Source: Candidatus Aminicenantales bacterium
Lineage (GTDB): Bacteria; Acidobacteriota; Aminicenantia; Aminicenantales; UBA4085
NCBI GenBank assembly: GCA_049515535.1
Contig: JBEKTZ010000009.1
Span: 1-64,000 of the forward strand
Reading direction: 5' to 3'
DNA length: 64,000 nt
The position numbers were made by a program, and so were the translations under genes. The first letter of the stretch is position 1. Each line of letters opens with the position of its first letter. Of this stretch, positions 55,006 to 64,000 are shown in pieces. Under the pieces are notes generated by a model. It did not search any database, was not told where the DNA came from, and saw only the letters and a program-made list of their open reading frames with translations.

Positions 55006-56250
55006 TCAACGGTACTTTTTGACCGCGTCGAACATGGCCGCGATATTCGCCGGCGGGACGTTGGGCATGATGTTGTGGATCTGGGTGAACACGAACCCGC
55101 CGCCCGGGGCGAACGTTGCGATCCGCTCCTTGACGTGCTCGTCGATCTCGGCGGGAGCGCCGAGCGGCAGGATCCTCTGCGTATCGCAGCCGCCGCCCCA
55201 GAACGTGAGATCCCGGCCGAACTCCCGTTTGAGCCGCGCCGGGTCCATTCCCCGCGCGCTTGTCTGCACGGGATTGACGATCTCGACGCCCACCTCGATG
55301 AGGTCGGGCAGGATATCGACGATCGATCCGCAGGAATGAAGGAAGAGATGGAGATCCGAGCGTTTTTTCACGGTCTCGAAAATCATTTTTTGTCGCGGCT
55401 TGAAGACCTCGCGGTACAACCGGGGAGAAATTTCGAGGGCCTGTTGCGTTCCCAGGTCATCGCCCATCTGGATGATCTGAACGTATCCGTCGACCGCGTC
55501 CAGGATTTTCGCGAGATTATCCAAATGCATCTCGACGAGTTTGTCGAGCAGGGCTTCCGCTTTTTTGCGGTTCTCCACGAGGTCGATCAGGAACTGATCC
55601 ATGCGGCAAAGATATTGTCCCCACTCCAGCAGATTCCCGCCGAAGGCGACCATGACGGCGTAATCCGTGGTTTCGTAAAGATGTTTCGCCCGGCGCCGGA
55701 TCTCCGCGAGATGCTCGGGAGTCAACGGTTTGTGATACGGCGCGCAGGGAAGCGCCGACCAGGTGACTTTTTCCATCAGCGCGGGCAGGTCATCGAGGAC
55801 GGACAAATCCGCGCCGTCCCAATCCTGGAGCGGAAAGCGCGTTTGGCTCAGATAATAGGCGCCCTGGGGCATGGTCCCGATGGCCGTGTCGTCGGCGCCG
55901 AGCGCCAGCCAGCCGCCTTCGCGCGGGACGAACTGCGCATAGGCCGGGATCTTCGCCGCCATTCCGTTCGGGAGCGTGAAATCTTTCCAATCGCGATCGT
56001 CTCGGAGAAAGACGCGCCCCAGGTCCACGACGTCGGACTGGACATAATTCAAAATTCTGTCTTCGGGAAGAGCAAGCTGTTGGACGACGTCGTAGACGTA
56101 GATCCGGCCCTCGTCGATGCCCAGGTATTCTTTCAACCGGCCATAGGCCACGGCAGTGATTCCGGTCGAGCGCATCGCGCCCAGATCGACGGGCACCCGG
56201 TCCGGTTCCTTGTGCCGGATTGCCGCAAGAACGCGTTCGCGCCTGGTCAT
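55006..56250 (-). CDS. Uroporphyrinogen decarboxylase/MtaA-CmuA family protein
   Basis: MTRRERV...PDRVP, GDDLG, LHSCG, NPVQ, FWGG, GGGFVF..IHNI. Confidence 0.88.
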   Translation of the reverse strand: MTRRERVLAAIRHKEPDRVPVDLGAMRSTGITAVAYGRLKEYLGIDEGRIYVYDVVQQLALPEDRILNYVQSDVVDLGRVFLRDDRDWKDFTLPNGMAAKIPAYAQFVPREGGWLALGADDTAIGTMPQGAYYLSQTRFPLQDWDGADLSVLDDLPALMEKVTWSALPCAPYHKPLTPEHLAEIRRRAKHLYETTDYAVMVAFGGNLLEWGQYLCRMDQFLIDLVENRKKAEALLDKLVEMHLDNLAKILDAVDGYVQIIQMGDDLGTQQALEISPRLYREVFKPRQKMIFETVKKRSDLHLFLHSCGSIVDILPDLIEVGVEIVNPVQTSARGMDPARLKREFGRDLTFWGGGCDTQRILPLGAPAEIDEHVKERIATFAPGGGFVFTQIHNIMPNVPPANIAAMFDAVKKYR

Positions 56251-56435
56251 GGTCATATTCTATGATATCAAATGATAGGGATTCAATATCCAATTTCTCA
56301 TTGAAGCTCCGGGGCAAAGCAAGATACGCCTGAATTCCAGGATTTTTCAGCAAAAAATCAAAAAATCTTAAAAATCGTCGAAAAAATCGAAATAAATGCG
56401 ACTTTTTATTAACAATATGGCAAATAAATGGTAAT

Positions 56436-58331
56436 ATGTCAAGGAAGAAGGAAAAATCCATGCCCGCAAAAAAACCTGCTCCGGTTAGAAATATCGTTTT
56501 TTGGGTGGCCGCCGGGGCCATTATTATTCTCCTCTGGAGCCTGCTCCAGACGCCGAACCTGGCCAAGACCGACGTCAAATTCAGCCAGTTTTTGAACGAT
56601 GTCGAGACGCAAAAAATACAGAGCGTCACGATCACCGGGACAGAAATCAAGGGGACCTACAAAAACGGGTCGGAGTTCAAAACCAACCTGCCTCAGCAAT
56701 ATAACGACCTCGTCAAGGTCCTCCGCGACAATAAGGTCGACATCGATATCAAGGACGCGAACCGGAGCCCCTGGCTCTCCTATCTTTTCACCTGGTTTCC
56801 GATCATTCTCCTGATTCTCTTCTGGGTCTTTTTCATGCGCCAGATGCAATCCGGCGGAAACAAAGCGCTGTCATTCGGCAAAAGCCGGGCCAAGCTCTTC
56901 TCCGCCGTGCAGAAAAAAGCGACGTTCAAGGACGTCGCCGGCGTCGAGGAGGCGAAAGAAGAGCTTCTGGAAATCGTCGGCTTTCTCAAGGAGCCGCAAA
57001 AATTTCAGAAGCTCGGCGGCCGGATTCCCAAGGGCGTCATCCTGGTCGGAGCCCCGGGCACGGGCAAGACCCTCCTCGCCCGGGCGGTGGCCGGCGAGGC
57101 CGACGTTCCGTTCTTTTCGATCAGCGGCTCGGATTTCGTCGAGATGTTCGTCGGCGTGGGCGCGTCCCGCGTCCGCGATCTTTTCGACCAGGGCAAAAAG
57201 CACGCGCCCTGCCTGATCTTCATCGACGAGATCGACGCCGTCGGCCGGCAGCGGGGCGCGGGCCTCGGCGGCGGCCACGACGAACGCGAACAAACCCTCA
57301 ACCAGCTCCTTGTCGAAATGGACGGCTTCGACTCGAACGAAGGGATCATCCTCATCGCCGCCACAAACAGGCCCGACATCCTCGACAGCGCGCTTCTCCG
57401 GCCCGGCCGTTTCGACCGCCGCGTCGTCGTGAACATGCCCGACGTAAAAGGCCGCGAGGAGATCCTCAAAGTGCATATCCGGAAGATCCCCCTCGACAAA
57501 GACGTGAACCTCAAGGTCCTCGCCCGCTCGACTCCCGGATTTTCCGGAGCGGACCTGGCCAACATGGTGAACGAAGCGGCTCTCAACGGAGCTCGGAACG
57601 CCCAAAGCACGGTGACCATGAAAGACATGGAATTCGCCAAGGACAAGGTCCTGATGGGCGTCGAACGCAAGAGCATGATCGTCAGCGAGGAAGAGAAGAG
57701 AAGCACGGCCTTCCACGAGGCCGGTCACGCGCTGATCGCGGCGCTCATCCCCGAAGCCGACCCGATCCACAAAGTCACGATCATTCCGAGAGGGCTGGCC
57801 ATGGGCGTCACGCAGCAGCTCCCTCTCGACGACCGCTACACCTACAACAAGGATTATCTTGAAGCCCAGCTTTCGGTGCTTCTCGCGGGGCGCATCGCGG
57901 AGACCATTTTCCTCGGCCAGACGACGACGGGCGCGGCCAACGATTTCGAAAAAGCGACCGAGATCGCCCGGAAGATGGTCTGCCAGTGGGGAATGTCCGA
58001 CCTCGGCCCCCTCACGTACGGCGAGACCGACGACCTCATCTTCCTCGGACGCGACCTGACGATGCACAAGAATTTCAGCGAAAAGACCTCCGAGATGATC
58101 GACGCGGAGGTCAAAAAGATCATCACCCGGAATTTCGGGCGGTCACAGGAGTTGATTGAGAAGAACAAGGCCAAGCTCAAAAAGATCGCCAAGCTCCTCC
58201 TCGAAAAGGAAAGCATCTCATCGGACGAAATCAACGCCATCGTCAAGATCAAGAAGCCTAAATCGATCAGAGAAAAAGCGGAGGCCAAAAACCTGCCGCC
58301 TTTGGATAAGCCCGAACCGGCCAAAGCGTAG
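56436..58331 (+). CDS. ftsH: ATP-dependent zinc metalloprotease FtsH
   Basis: [14 protein letters not shown], second region of homology, HEAGH. Confidence 0.97.
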   Translation: MSRKKEKSMPAKKPAPVRNIVFWVAAGAIIILLWSLLQTPNLAKTDVKFSQFLNDVETQKIQSVTITGTEIKGTYKNGSEFKTNLPQQYNDLVKVLRDNKVDIDIKDANRSPWLSYLFTWFPIILLILFWVFFMRQMQSGGNKALSFGKSRAKLFSAVQKKATFKDVAGVEEAKEELLEIVGFLKEPQKFQKLGGRIPKGVILVGAPGTGKTLLARAVAGEADVPFFSISGSDFVEMFVGVGASRVRDLFDQGKKHAPCLIFIDEIDAVGRQRGAGLGGGHDEREQTLNQLLVEMDGFDSNEGIILIAATNRPDILDSALLRPGRFDRRVVVNMPDVKGREEILKVHIRKIPLDKDVNLKVLARSTPGFSGADLANMVNEAALNGARNAQSTVTMKDMEFAKDKVLMGVERKSMIVSEEEKRSTAFHEAGHALIAALIPEADPIHKVTIIPRGLAMGVTQQLPLDDRYTYNKDYLEAQLSVLLAGRIAETIFLGQTTTGAANDFEKATEIARKMVCQWGMSDLGPLTYGETDDLIFLGRDLTMHKNFSEKTSEMIDAEVKKIITRNFGRSQELIEKNKAKLKKIAKLLLEKESISSDEINAIVKIKKPKSIREKAEAKNLPPLDKPEPAKA

Positions 58332-58338
58332 AGGCGAG

Positions 58339-59229
58339 GTGAGGAAAGAATTCATCTTCCGGGTCAACGGAACGGCCCATCATCTCGGCATCCGGACCTG
58401 GCTCATGGGCATCACCAACGTCACGCCGGACTCGTTTTACGATGGCGGGGTCTATTTTGATCCGGCCAAAGCCGTCGACCGCGGCCTGGAAATGGCCGCG
58501 GGGGGAGCGGACATCATCGATGTCGGCGGCGAAAGCACGAAGCCCGGCTCCGACCCCGTCCCCGCGGACGAGGAACGCCGGCGCATCGTGCCGGTCGTGG
58601 CCGGCCTGCGGAAAAGAACGAAAGCCCTGATTTCCATCGATACCTCGAAACTCGAAGTGGCCGAGGCCGCCCTGGACGCCGGCGCGGACATCATCAACGA
58701 TATCAACGCCTTCAGCCTCGATCCCCGGATTCTCGACCTCGCCGCTCGAAAAGACGCGGGCTTCATCCTGATGCACATGAAAGGGACTCCGAAAACCATG
58801 CAGGCCCGGCCCTCTTACGGCAATGTGATCCAGGAAATCCGGGCCTTCCTTGCCGATAAAATCGAGATCGCCCGGGCTTACGGCCTCGCCGGAGAAAACA
58901 TCATCATTGACCCGGGCATCGGGTTCGGGAAACGCCTCGAGGACAACCTCGTCCTGCTGAACGGCCTCGACGCGTTCGCCGGGCTCGGGCGTCCCATCCT
59001 TGTCGGCGTGTCGCGCAAGTCGTTCATCGGCAAAATCCTCGATGCCCCGCCGCAGGAAAGGCTGGAGGGAACGATCGCGGCCGCGATCGTCAGCGTCGTC
59101 CGCGGAGCCCACATCCTCCGCGTCCACGACATCGACGCCGTCAAGCGGGCCGTCCTCGTCGCCGAAGCGATCCTGAGCGCCCGGACGGACGACCACTCGG
59201 GAACAGAGAAAATCGGATATGCTCACTAA
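58339..59229 (+). CDS. folP: Dihydropteroate synthase (GTG start 58339)
   Basis: NVTPDSF.DGG, GGEST, DPGIGFGK, SRKSF, LRVHD. Confidence 0.95.
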   Translation: MRKEFIFRVNGTAHHLGIRTWLMGITNVTPDSFYDGGVYFDPAKAVDRGLEMAAGGADIIDVGGESTKPGSDPVPADEERRRIVPVVAGLRKRTKALISIDTSKLEVAEAALDAGADIINDINAFSLDPRILDLAARKDAGFILMHMKGTPKTMQARPSYGNVIQEIRAFLADKIEIARAYGLAGENIIIDPGIGFGKRLEDNLVLLNGLDAFAGLGRPILVGVSRKSFIGKILDAPPQERLEGTIAAAIVSVVRGAHILRVHDIDAVKRAVLVAEAILSARTDDHSGTEKIGYAH

Positions 59230-59989
59230 TCTTTCCACCGCCCTGCCGCGGTTCACGCTCGCCGACCTGGCCGACATCCTGATCGTCGCCCTTATTCTCT
59301 ATTCGCTTTTTCTCCTGATCAAGGAAACCAAAGCCTACCAGATGGCCATCGGCTTGGGCCTGGTGGGAGTCCTCTTCCTCATCACGCAGTGGGGCAAGCT
59401 GGTCGTCTCCAACTGGTTAATCAAGAATTTCGTGACGTACCTGATCATCGCCGTCATCATCCTCTTCCAGGGCGAGATCCGGAGGTTTTTAACGGTCATC
59501 GGTTCCCGCTCGTTCCGCCGCCCCATCGTCTTGCGGTCGTTCCAGGAAAAAATCGAGGAACTGTTTTTGGCCGTGGACTATATGTCCCAAAAGAAGATCG
59601 GGGCCCTGATCGCCATCGAGAAGGAGATCTCGCTCGAAAATTATGCCGACCGGGGCACGAAGATCGACGCCGTCATCTCGTCGGACCTGCTCGTCTGCCT
59701 CTTCTTCCCGCATTCCCCGCTCCATGACGGCGCCGTGATCATCCGGGGCAGCAACATCAGGGCCGCCGGCTGCCTCCTTCCCCTCCCGGCCTCGCATAAC
59801 CTGCGGGCGGGATTCGTGACGCGGACGCGGCACCTGGCCGCGATGGGCCTCTCCCATGAGACGGACGCCGCGATCATCGTCGTGTCCGAGGAAACGGGAG
59901 GCATTTCCCTGGCCGTTCACGGCGTTCTCCAGGGCCTCCAAGGAAAAGATGAACTTCAGGATCGTCTGATGGACTATCTCAAACAATGA
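59219..59989 (+). CDS. cdaA: Diadenylate cyclase CdaA
   Basis: Three TM, PLHDGAVII, RHLAA, VSEETG; in cdaA-cdaR-glmM synteny. Confidence 0.92.
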   Translation: MLTNLSTALPRFTLADLADILIVALILYSLFLLIKETKAYQMAIGLGLVGVLFLITQWGKLVVSNWLIKNFVTYLIIAVIILFQGEIRRFLTVIGSRSFRRPIVLRSFQEKIEELFLAVDYMSQKKIGALIAIEKEISLENYADRGTKIDAVISSDLLVCLFFPHSPLHDGAVIIRGSNIRAAGCLLPLPASHNLRAGFVTRTRHLAAMGLSHETDAAIIVVSEETGGISLAVHGVLQGLQGKDELQDRLMDYLKQ

Positions 59990-60651
59990 TCCACCATATC
60001 AAAGACTTAATCGTCCGGAACTGGGCTTGGAAATTGCTCTCTCTCGTCCTGGCTTTTTTCCTCTGGCTGACGCTCATCCCCGAGGAGAAAACCATTTCCG
60101 AAAAAACGTTCGTGGTGGCCTTGGAGACTCGGAACCTGCCGGCCGATTTCGAAATCATCGAAAAACCCCAGGCGACGCTCGATGTCACGGTCCGAGCGCC
60201 GAACCGGCTCTTAAGCCAGATCACGTCGGTCAACATCCAGGCTGTCTTGAGACTGGACAAGGCGACCATCAAACAGGAAGACTACCCGTTGAACCCGGAA
60301 ATGATCACGGCCCCGGCCGGGGCCAAGGTCGTCCTGGTCATGCCGAACAAGGTCCACATGAAGCTCGACCGAAGCGTCGAGGTCATGATGGAGATCTCAC
60401 CGGTCGTCATCGGGAAGGTCAAAGCGGGGTTGAAAATCGACAAGATCGAGCTCATCCCCTCCAAAGTCTTCGTCAGGGGGCCGGAGACAAAGATCAAGCC
60501 GAAGGATAGAATCCAGACGAGCCCCGTGGATATCACCGACCTGGCCCAATCCGCGGAATTCGAGGCCGACCTCATTCTGCCCAAGCCGGACCTCCGGTTC
60601 ACGACCGCCCAGACAAAGGCCAAGGTCAAGATCGTCCTCGTCCAGAAATAG
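59986..60651 (+). CDS. cdaR: CdaR/YbbR-like protein
   Basis: NWAWKLLSLVLAFFLW N-terminal TM; synteny. Confidence 0.8.
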   Translation: MIHHIKDLIVRNWAWKLLSLVLAFFLWLTLIPEEKTISEKTFVVALETRNLPADFEIIEKPQATLDVTVRAPNRLLSQITSVNIQAVLRLDKATIKQEDYPLNPEMITAPAGAKVVLVMPNKVHMKLDRSVEVMMEISPVVIGKVKAGLKIDKIELIPSKVFVRGPETKIKPKDRIQTSPVDITDLAQSAEFEADLILPKPDLRFTTAQTKAKVKIVLVQK

Positions 60652-60655
60652 CCCC

Positions 60656-61999
60656 ATGAAGAAACTGTTCGGGACGGACGGAATCCGGGCGGTCGCCGGT
60701 CAATTTCCTCTCGATTACCCTTCGATTCACGCGCTGGGAACCGCTTTGGTCGGCCTCTTGAGGGAAGAAGGGCTCGCGGCCAAGGCGCTGATCGGCCGCG
60801 ATACGCGGGAATCGGGAACTTGGATGGAGCAAGCCCTGGCCCACGGCATCCGGGACGGCGGAGGGCGCGCGGTTTCTGCCGGCGTCATCCCGACGTCGAG
60901 CATCTCCTATTTGACCCAAAAGCACATCTTCTCGGCGGGCATCGTCATCTCCGCCTCGCACAATCCTTACCAGGACAACGGCATCAAGATTTTCTCCTCC
61001 CGGGGAACCAAGATCTCCGACGCCTGGGAAGCCCGGCTCGAAAAAGCGGTTCTTGCCGGGAAAAAACCGATCGAGGAAAAAAAGACGAAGGTCAGGCTCG
61101 AGACCAAATATCTGGCCGATTACAAAAGGTTTCTCCTGAGCCGGTTCGCTCATGTCCGGGTTCCGAGAGGAATGAAAGTCGTCCTGGACTGCTCCAACGG
61201 CGCGAGCTTTGAGGTCGCTCCCACGATCATGAAGGAGCTCGGATTCGACGTGGTCGCCATCGGAAACAAGCCCAACGGCAAAAACATCAACGCCGGATGC
61301 GGCTCGCTCCATCCTCACGCACTGGCGAAGACCGTCGCCGAGGTCCGCGCCGCCGTCGGGATCGCCTATGACGGCGACGCCGACCGGGCGCTCTGGGTCG
61401 ACGAGAACGGGCGCATCCTGAACGGCGACCATACGCTCTACATCCTGGCCAGGTTCATGAAGGAAAAAGGCCACCTCAAATCGCGGACTGTCGTCGCGAC
61501 GAGCATGACCAACATGGGGCTCGAGACCGCGCTCCGAAAAATGGGCCTCGCTCTTGTCCGGACCAAGGTGGGTGACAAATATGTCCTCGAGAAGATGATC
61601 GAGATCCGGTCCAATCTCGGCGGTGAACAGTCCGGCCACACCATCCTCCTCGACGAATGTCCGACGGGCGACGGCATCCTGACGAGCCTCAGGATGCTCG
61701 AAGTCATGATCGAGAAAAAAAGGCCCCTATCCAGCCTTGTTCGAGGCCTCGTCGAATACCCCCAGATCCTGCTGAACGTCCCCGTCGCCAAAAAACTCGA
61801 TTTCAAAGACGTGCCCGAGATCGCCAAAGCCATGGCCAATGTCCAGCGGCGCTTAAAAGGCCGAGGCCGCCTCGACGTGCGGTACTCGGGAACGGAACCG
61901 CTGGCCCGCGTCATGGTCGAGGGCGAGGAGCTGAAGTTCATCCAGAAATGCGCGCAGGGGATCGCCGAGGCCATCAAGAGAAATTTGGGGACATCATAA
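60656..61999 (+). CDS. glmM: Phosphoglucosamine mutase
   Basis: FGTDGIR, SASHNP, DGDADR, GGEQSGH, RYSGTE. Confidence 0.96.
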   Translation: MKKLFGTDGIRAVAGQFPLDYPSIHALGTALVGLLREEGLAAKALIGRDTRESGTWMEQALAHGIRDGGGRAVSAGVIPTSSISYLTQKHIFSAGIVISASHNPYQDNGIKIFSSRGTKISDAWEARLEKAVLAGKKPIEEKKTKVRLETKYLADYKRFLLSRFAHVRVPRGMKVVLDCSNGASFEVAPTIMKELGFDVVAIGNKPNGKNINAGCGSLHPHALAKTVAEVRAAVGIAYDGDADRALWVDENGRILNGDHTLYILARFMKEKGHLKSRTVVATSMTNMGLETALRKMGLALVRTKVGDKYVLEKMIEIRSNLGGEQSGHTILLDECPTGDGILTSLRMLEVMIEKKRPLSSLVRGLVEYPQILLNVPVAKKLDFKDVPEIAKAMANVQRRLKGRGRLDVRYSGTEPLARVMVEGEELKFIQKCAQGIAEAIKRNLGTS

Positions 62000-62014
62000 A
62001 AGAAGGAGATCGCT

Positions 62015-62731
62015 ATGAGACTCTCTGTCAATGTCGATCATTTCGCCTCGCTGCGCGAAGCGCGGCGGGCCGCGGAACCCGAACCCGTGCTGACGGCTCT
62101 GCTCGCCGAACAGGCCGGGGCGGATGGGATCACGGCCCACCTGCGGAGCGACCGCCGGCATATCAAAGAACGCGACCTGCGGATCATCCGGGACGTCATC
62201 AAGACCAGGCTGACGCTCGAAATGGCCGCGACCGACGACATGAAAAAGGTCGCCCTCGAGATCAAGCCGGACACCGTCTGCCTCGTCCCCGAGCGGCCCG
62301 AGGAATTGACGACGACGGGAGGTCTGGATGTCATCGCCCAGCGGAAACCCCTGACCGCGTTCATCAAAGAGCTGAATCAGGGGAAGATCCGGGTCAGCAT
62401 CTTCGTCGATCCGGACCTCGAACAGATCGACGCCTGCGGTAAGCTCGGCGTTCCGCAGATCGAGATCCATTCGGGCATCTACGCCGACCTGAAGCCGGGC
62501 CCGGCGCGGGATAAGGCTCTGTCCGACATCGTGAAGGCCGCCGAGTTCGGGCACAAGCTGGGCATCGAGGTCACGGCCGGCCACGGGCTCGATTACCACA
62601 ACGTCCGGCCGATCGTCGCGATTCCCGAGATCACCGAATTGAGCATTGGATTTTCGATCGTAGCCCGTTCGGCCGTGGTCGGAATTTCGCGGGCCGTCCG
62701 CGAGATGATCGCATTATTGGCAGGGCCATGA
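62015..62731 (+). CDS. pdxJ: Pyridoxine 5'-phosphate synthase
   Basis: VNVDH, HLRSDRRHI, LVPE..EELTT.GG, AGHGL. Confidence 0.95.
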   Translation: MRLSVNVDHFASLREARRAAEPEPVLTALLAEQAGADGITAHLRSDRRHIKERDLRIIRDVIKTRLTLEMAATDDMKKVALEIKPDTVCLVPERPEELTTTGGLDVIAQRKPLTAFIKELNQGKIRVSIFVDPDLEQIDACGKLGVPQIEIHSGIYADLKPGPARDKALSDIVKAAEFGHKLGIEVTAGHGLDYHNVRPIVAIPEITELSIGFSIVARSAVVGISRAVREMIALLAGP

Positions 62732-63954
62732 ATCTCAAAATCGACATCGATCGTCTGAGAGGCGACCTCGAAGATCTCGGCCGGATCGGCCGCGATCCGG
62801 ACGGCGGCATCACGAGGCCGTCCTTCAGCCGGGCTGACCTCGAGGCGCGCGACTGGCTCGCGGAGAAAATTCACGAGGCCGGGCTCGACTACCGCCTCGA
62901 CGGGGCGGGAAATATCTTCGGGCGGATGGGAGGGCCGGGTAAAACCGTCATGGTCGGCTCCCATATCGACACCGTGGTCGGCGGAGGAATGTTCGACGGC
63001 TCCATCGGCGTTCTTTCCGGGCTGGAATGCCTGCGGACGATCAAGGAAAGCGGGCTCAAATTATCCCGGCCGCTGGAATTGGCCTCATTCACCGACGAAG
63101 AAGGCAACCTGGTCGGCGACTTTCTCGGAAGCCGGGCCTTCATCGGCGGGCTGAACGCCGAGGCCCTGGAAAAAGGGCTGACCCAATTCGGCCGACCGCT
63201 CAAAGACGTCTTGAAGGGCACGGCCTTCACGATTGAGAGCATCCTCGAAGCCCACGGGTCCGCGTCCGAAATCGCGACCTATCTCGAGCTCCATATCGAG
63301 CAGGGGCCGGTGCTCGAAACCGAGGAGATTCCCATCGGCATCGTCAGCGGCATCGCCGGCAAGTATTACCGCTGGTGCTCGTTTCTCGGCACCGCCGGTC
63401 ACGCGGGGACGACGCCCATCGAGCTGCGACAGGACGCGTTTCTCGGACTGGCCGATTTCGCCCTCCGGAGCACGCAGCACGTCGCCACGCACCATTATGG
63501 GAGCATGGTCACGATCGGCAAGGTCCGGGTGATGCCGGGCGCGTTCAGCATCGTGCCCGGGCAGGCCGATTTCTCATTCGAATTCCGGAGCCATTCCAGG
63601 GAAACGCTGGAAGCCTTGGAGAGGGAGTTGTTCGATCTCGCCGGGGACGTCGCCGCCACGCGTGGGCTGGCCTTCGCCTCGAAGATCATCGACCGGACCG
63701 AGCCGGTGAGCATTGCGCCTTGGTTAACGGACCTCCTCAAGGAGGAGAGCGAGAGACTCGGTTATCCCTATCTTCTTCTCCCGAGCGGGGCGGGCCACGA
63801 CGCGCAGATTCTCGCGGCGAAGACGGATGTGGCCATGATCTTCATCCCCAGCCCGGACGGGATCAGCCATTCTCCCAGGGAAAGCGTGCGTTGGGAGGAT
63901 TTGGAAAAAGGCGCGAACCTCTTGCTCCAGGCGCTGGTCAGGCTGGCCGAATAG
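62728..63954 (+). CDS. M20 Zn-dependent amidohydrolase (allantoate amidohydrolase/carbamoylase family)
   Basis: GSHIDT, DEEG, ELHIEQG, HAGTTP, GAGHDA. Confidence 0.9.
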   Translation: MNLKIDIDRLRGDLEDLGRIGRDPDGGITRPSFSRADLEARDWLAEKIHEAGLDYRLDGAGNIFGRMGGPGKTVMVGSHIDTVVGGGMFDGSIGVLSGLECLRTIKESGLKLSRPLELASFTDEEGNLVGDFLGSRAFIGGLNAEALEKGLTQFGRPLKDVLKGTAFTIESILEAHGSASEIATYLELHIEQGPVLETEEIPIGIVSGIAGKYYRWCSFLGTAGHAGTTPIELRQDAFLGLADFALRSTQHVATHHYGSMVTIGKVRVMPGAFSIVPGQADFSFEFRSHSRETLEALERELFDLAGDVAATRGLAFASKIIDRTEPVSIAPWLTDLLKEESERLGYPYLLLPSGAGHDAQILAAKTDVAMIFIPSPDGISHSPRESVRWEDLEKGANLLLQALVRLAE

Positions 63955-64000
63955 AAAACGCGGACCTGTCGTTTATTCGCAAGAGGAATCCCCTTCCTAA

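Overview
GC-rich bacterial chromosome segment. The gene content (NrdJ, rubredoxin, NtrYX, CdaA-CdaR-GlmM, a divergent EF-Tu switch I) suggests an anaerobe, possibly Aminicenantes/Acidobacteriota-like; this is inference only. The core genes are the tufB tRNA operon, an ECF sigma/anti-sigma trio, purBSQLN, tyrS, a long minus-strand Fe-S/RNA-repair run (nfuA-iscS-iscU-nadA-nth-amrS-archease-rtcB), nrdJ, alr, purA, a rubredoxin cluster, mutM, ftsEX, ntrYX-recO, bfr, tRNA-Ala and ftsH-folP-cdaA-cdaR-glmM-pdxJ. An accessory island of about 11 kb lies between purN and tyrS (8.2-19.5 kb). It holds a single-chain restriction-modification enzyme, a disrupted RelBE-type pair whose antitoxin is partly repeated at the far end, an AT-rich three-gene operon of unknown function, and IS remnants (ISL3, IS91, IS3, IS21-like). 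Its most unusual feature is five IS91-type end modules from three sequence variants, each with a near-consensus sigma70 promoter at a nearly fixed distance (79-81 nt where the end is intact) inside the presumed oriIS end, firing outward into neighbouring DNA. Outside the island, the bacterioferritin 3' flank is complementary to its own RBS, and a five-hairpin leader precedes the rubrerythrin/rubredoxin operon. All calls come from reading motifs by eye; no database searches were run.
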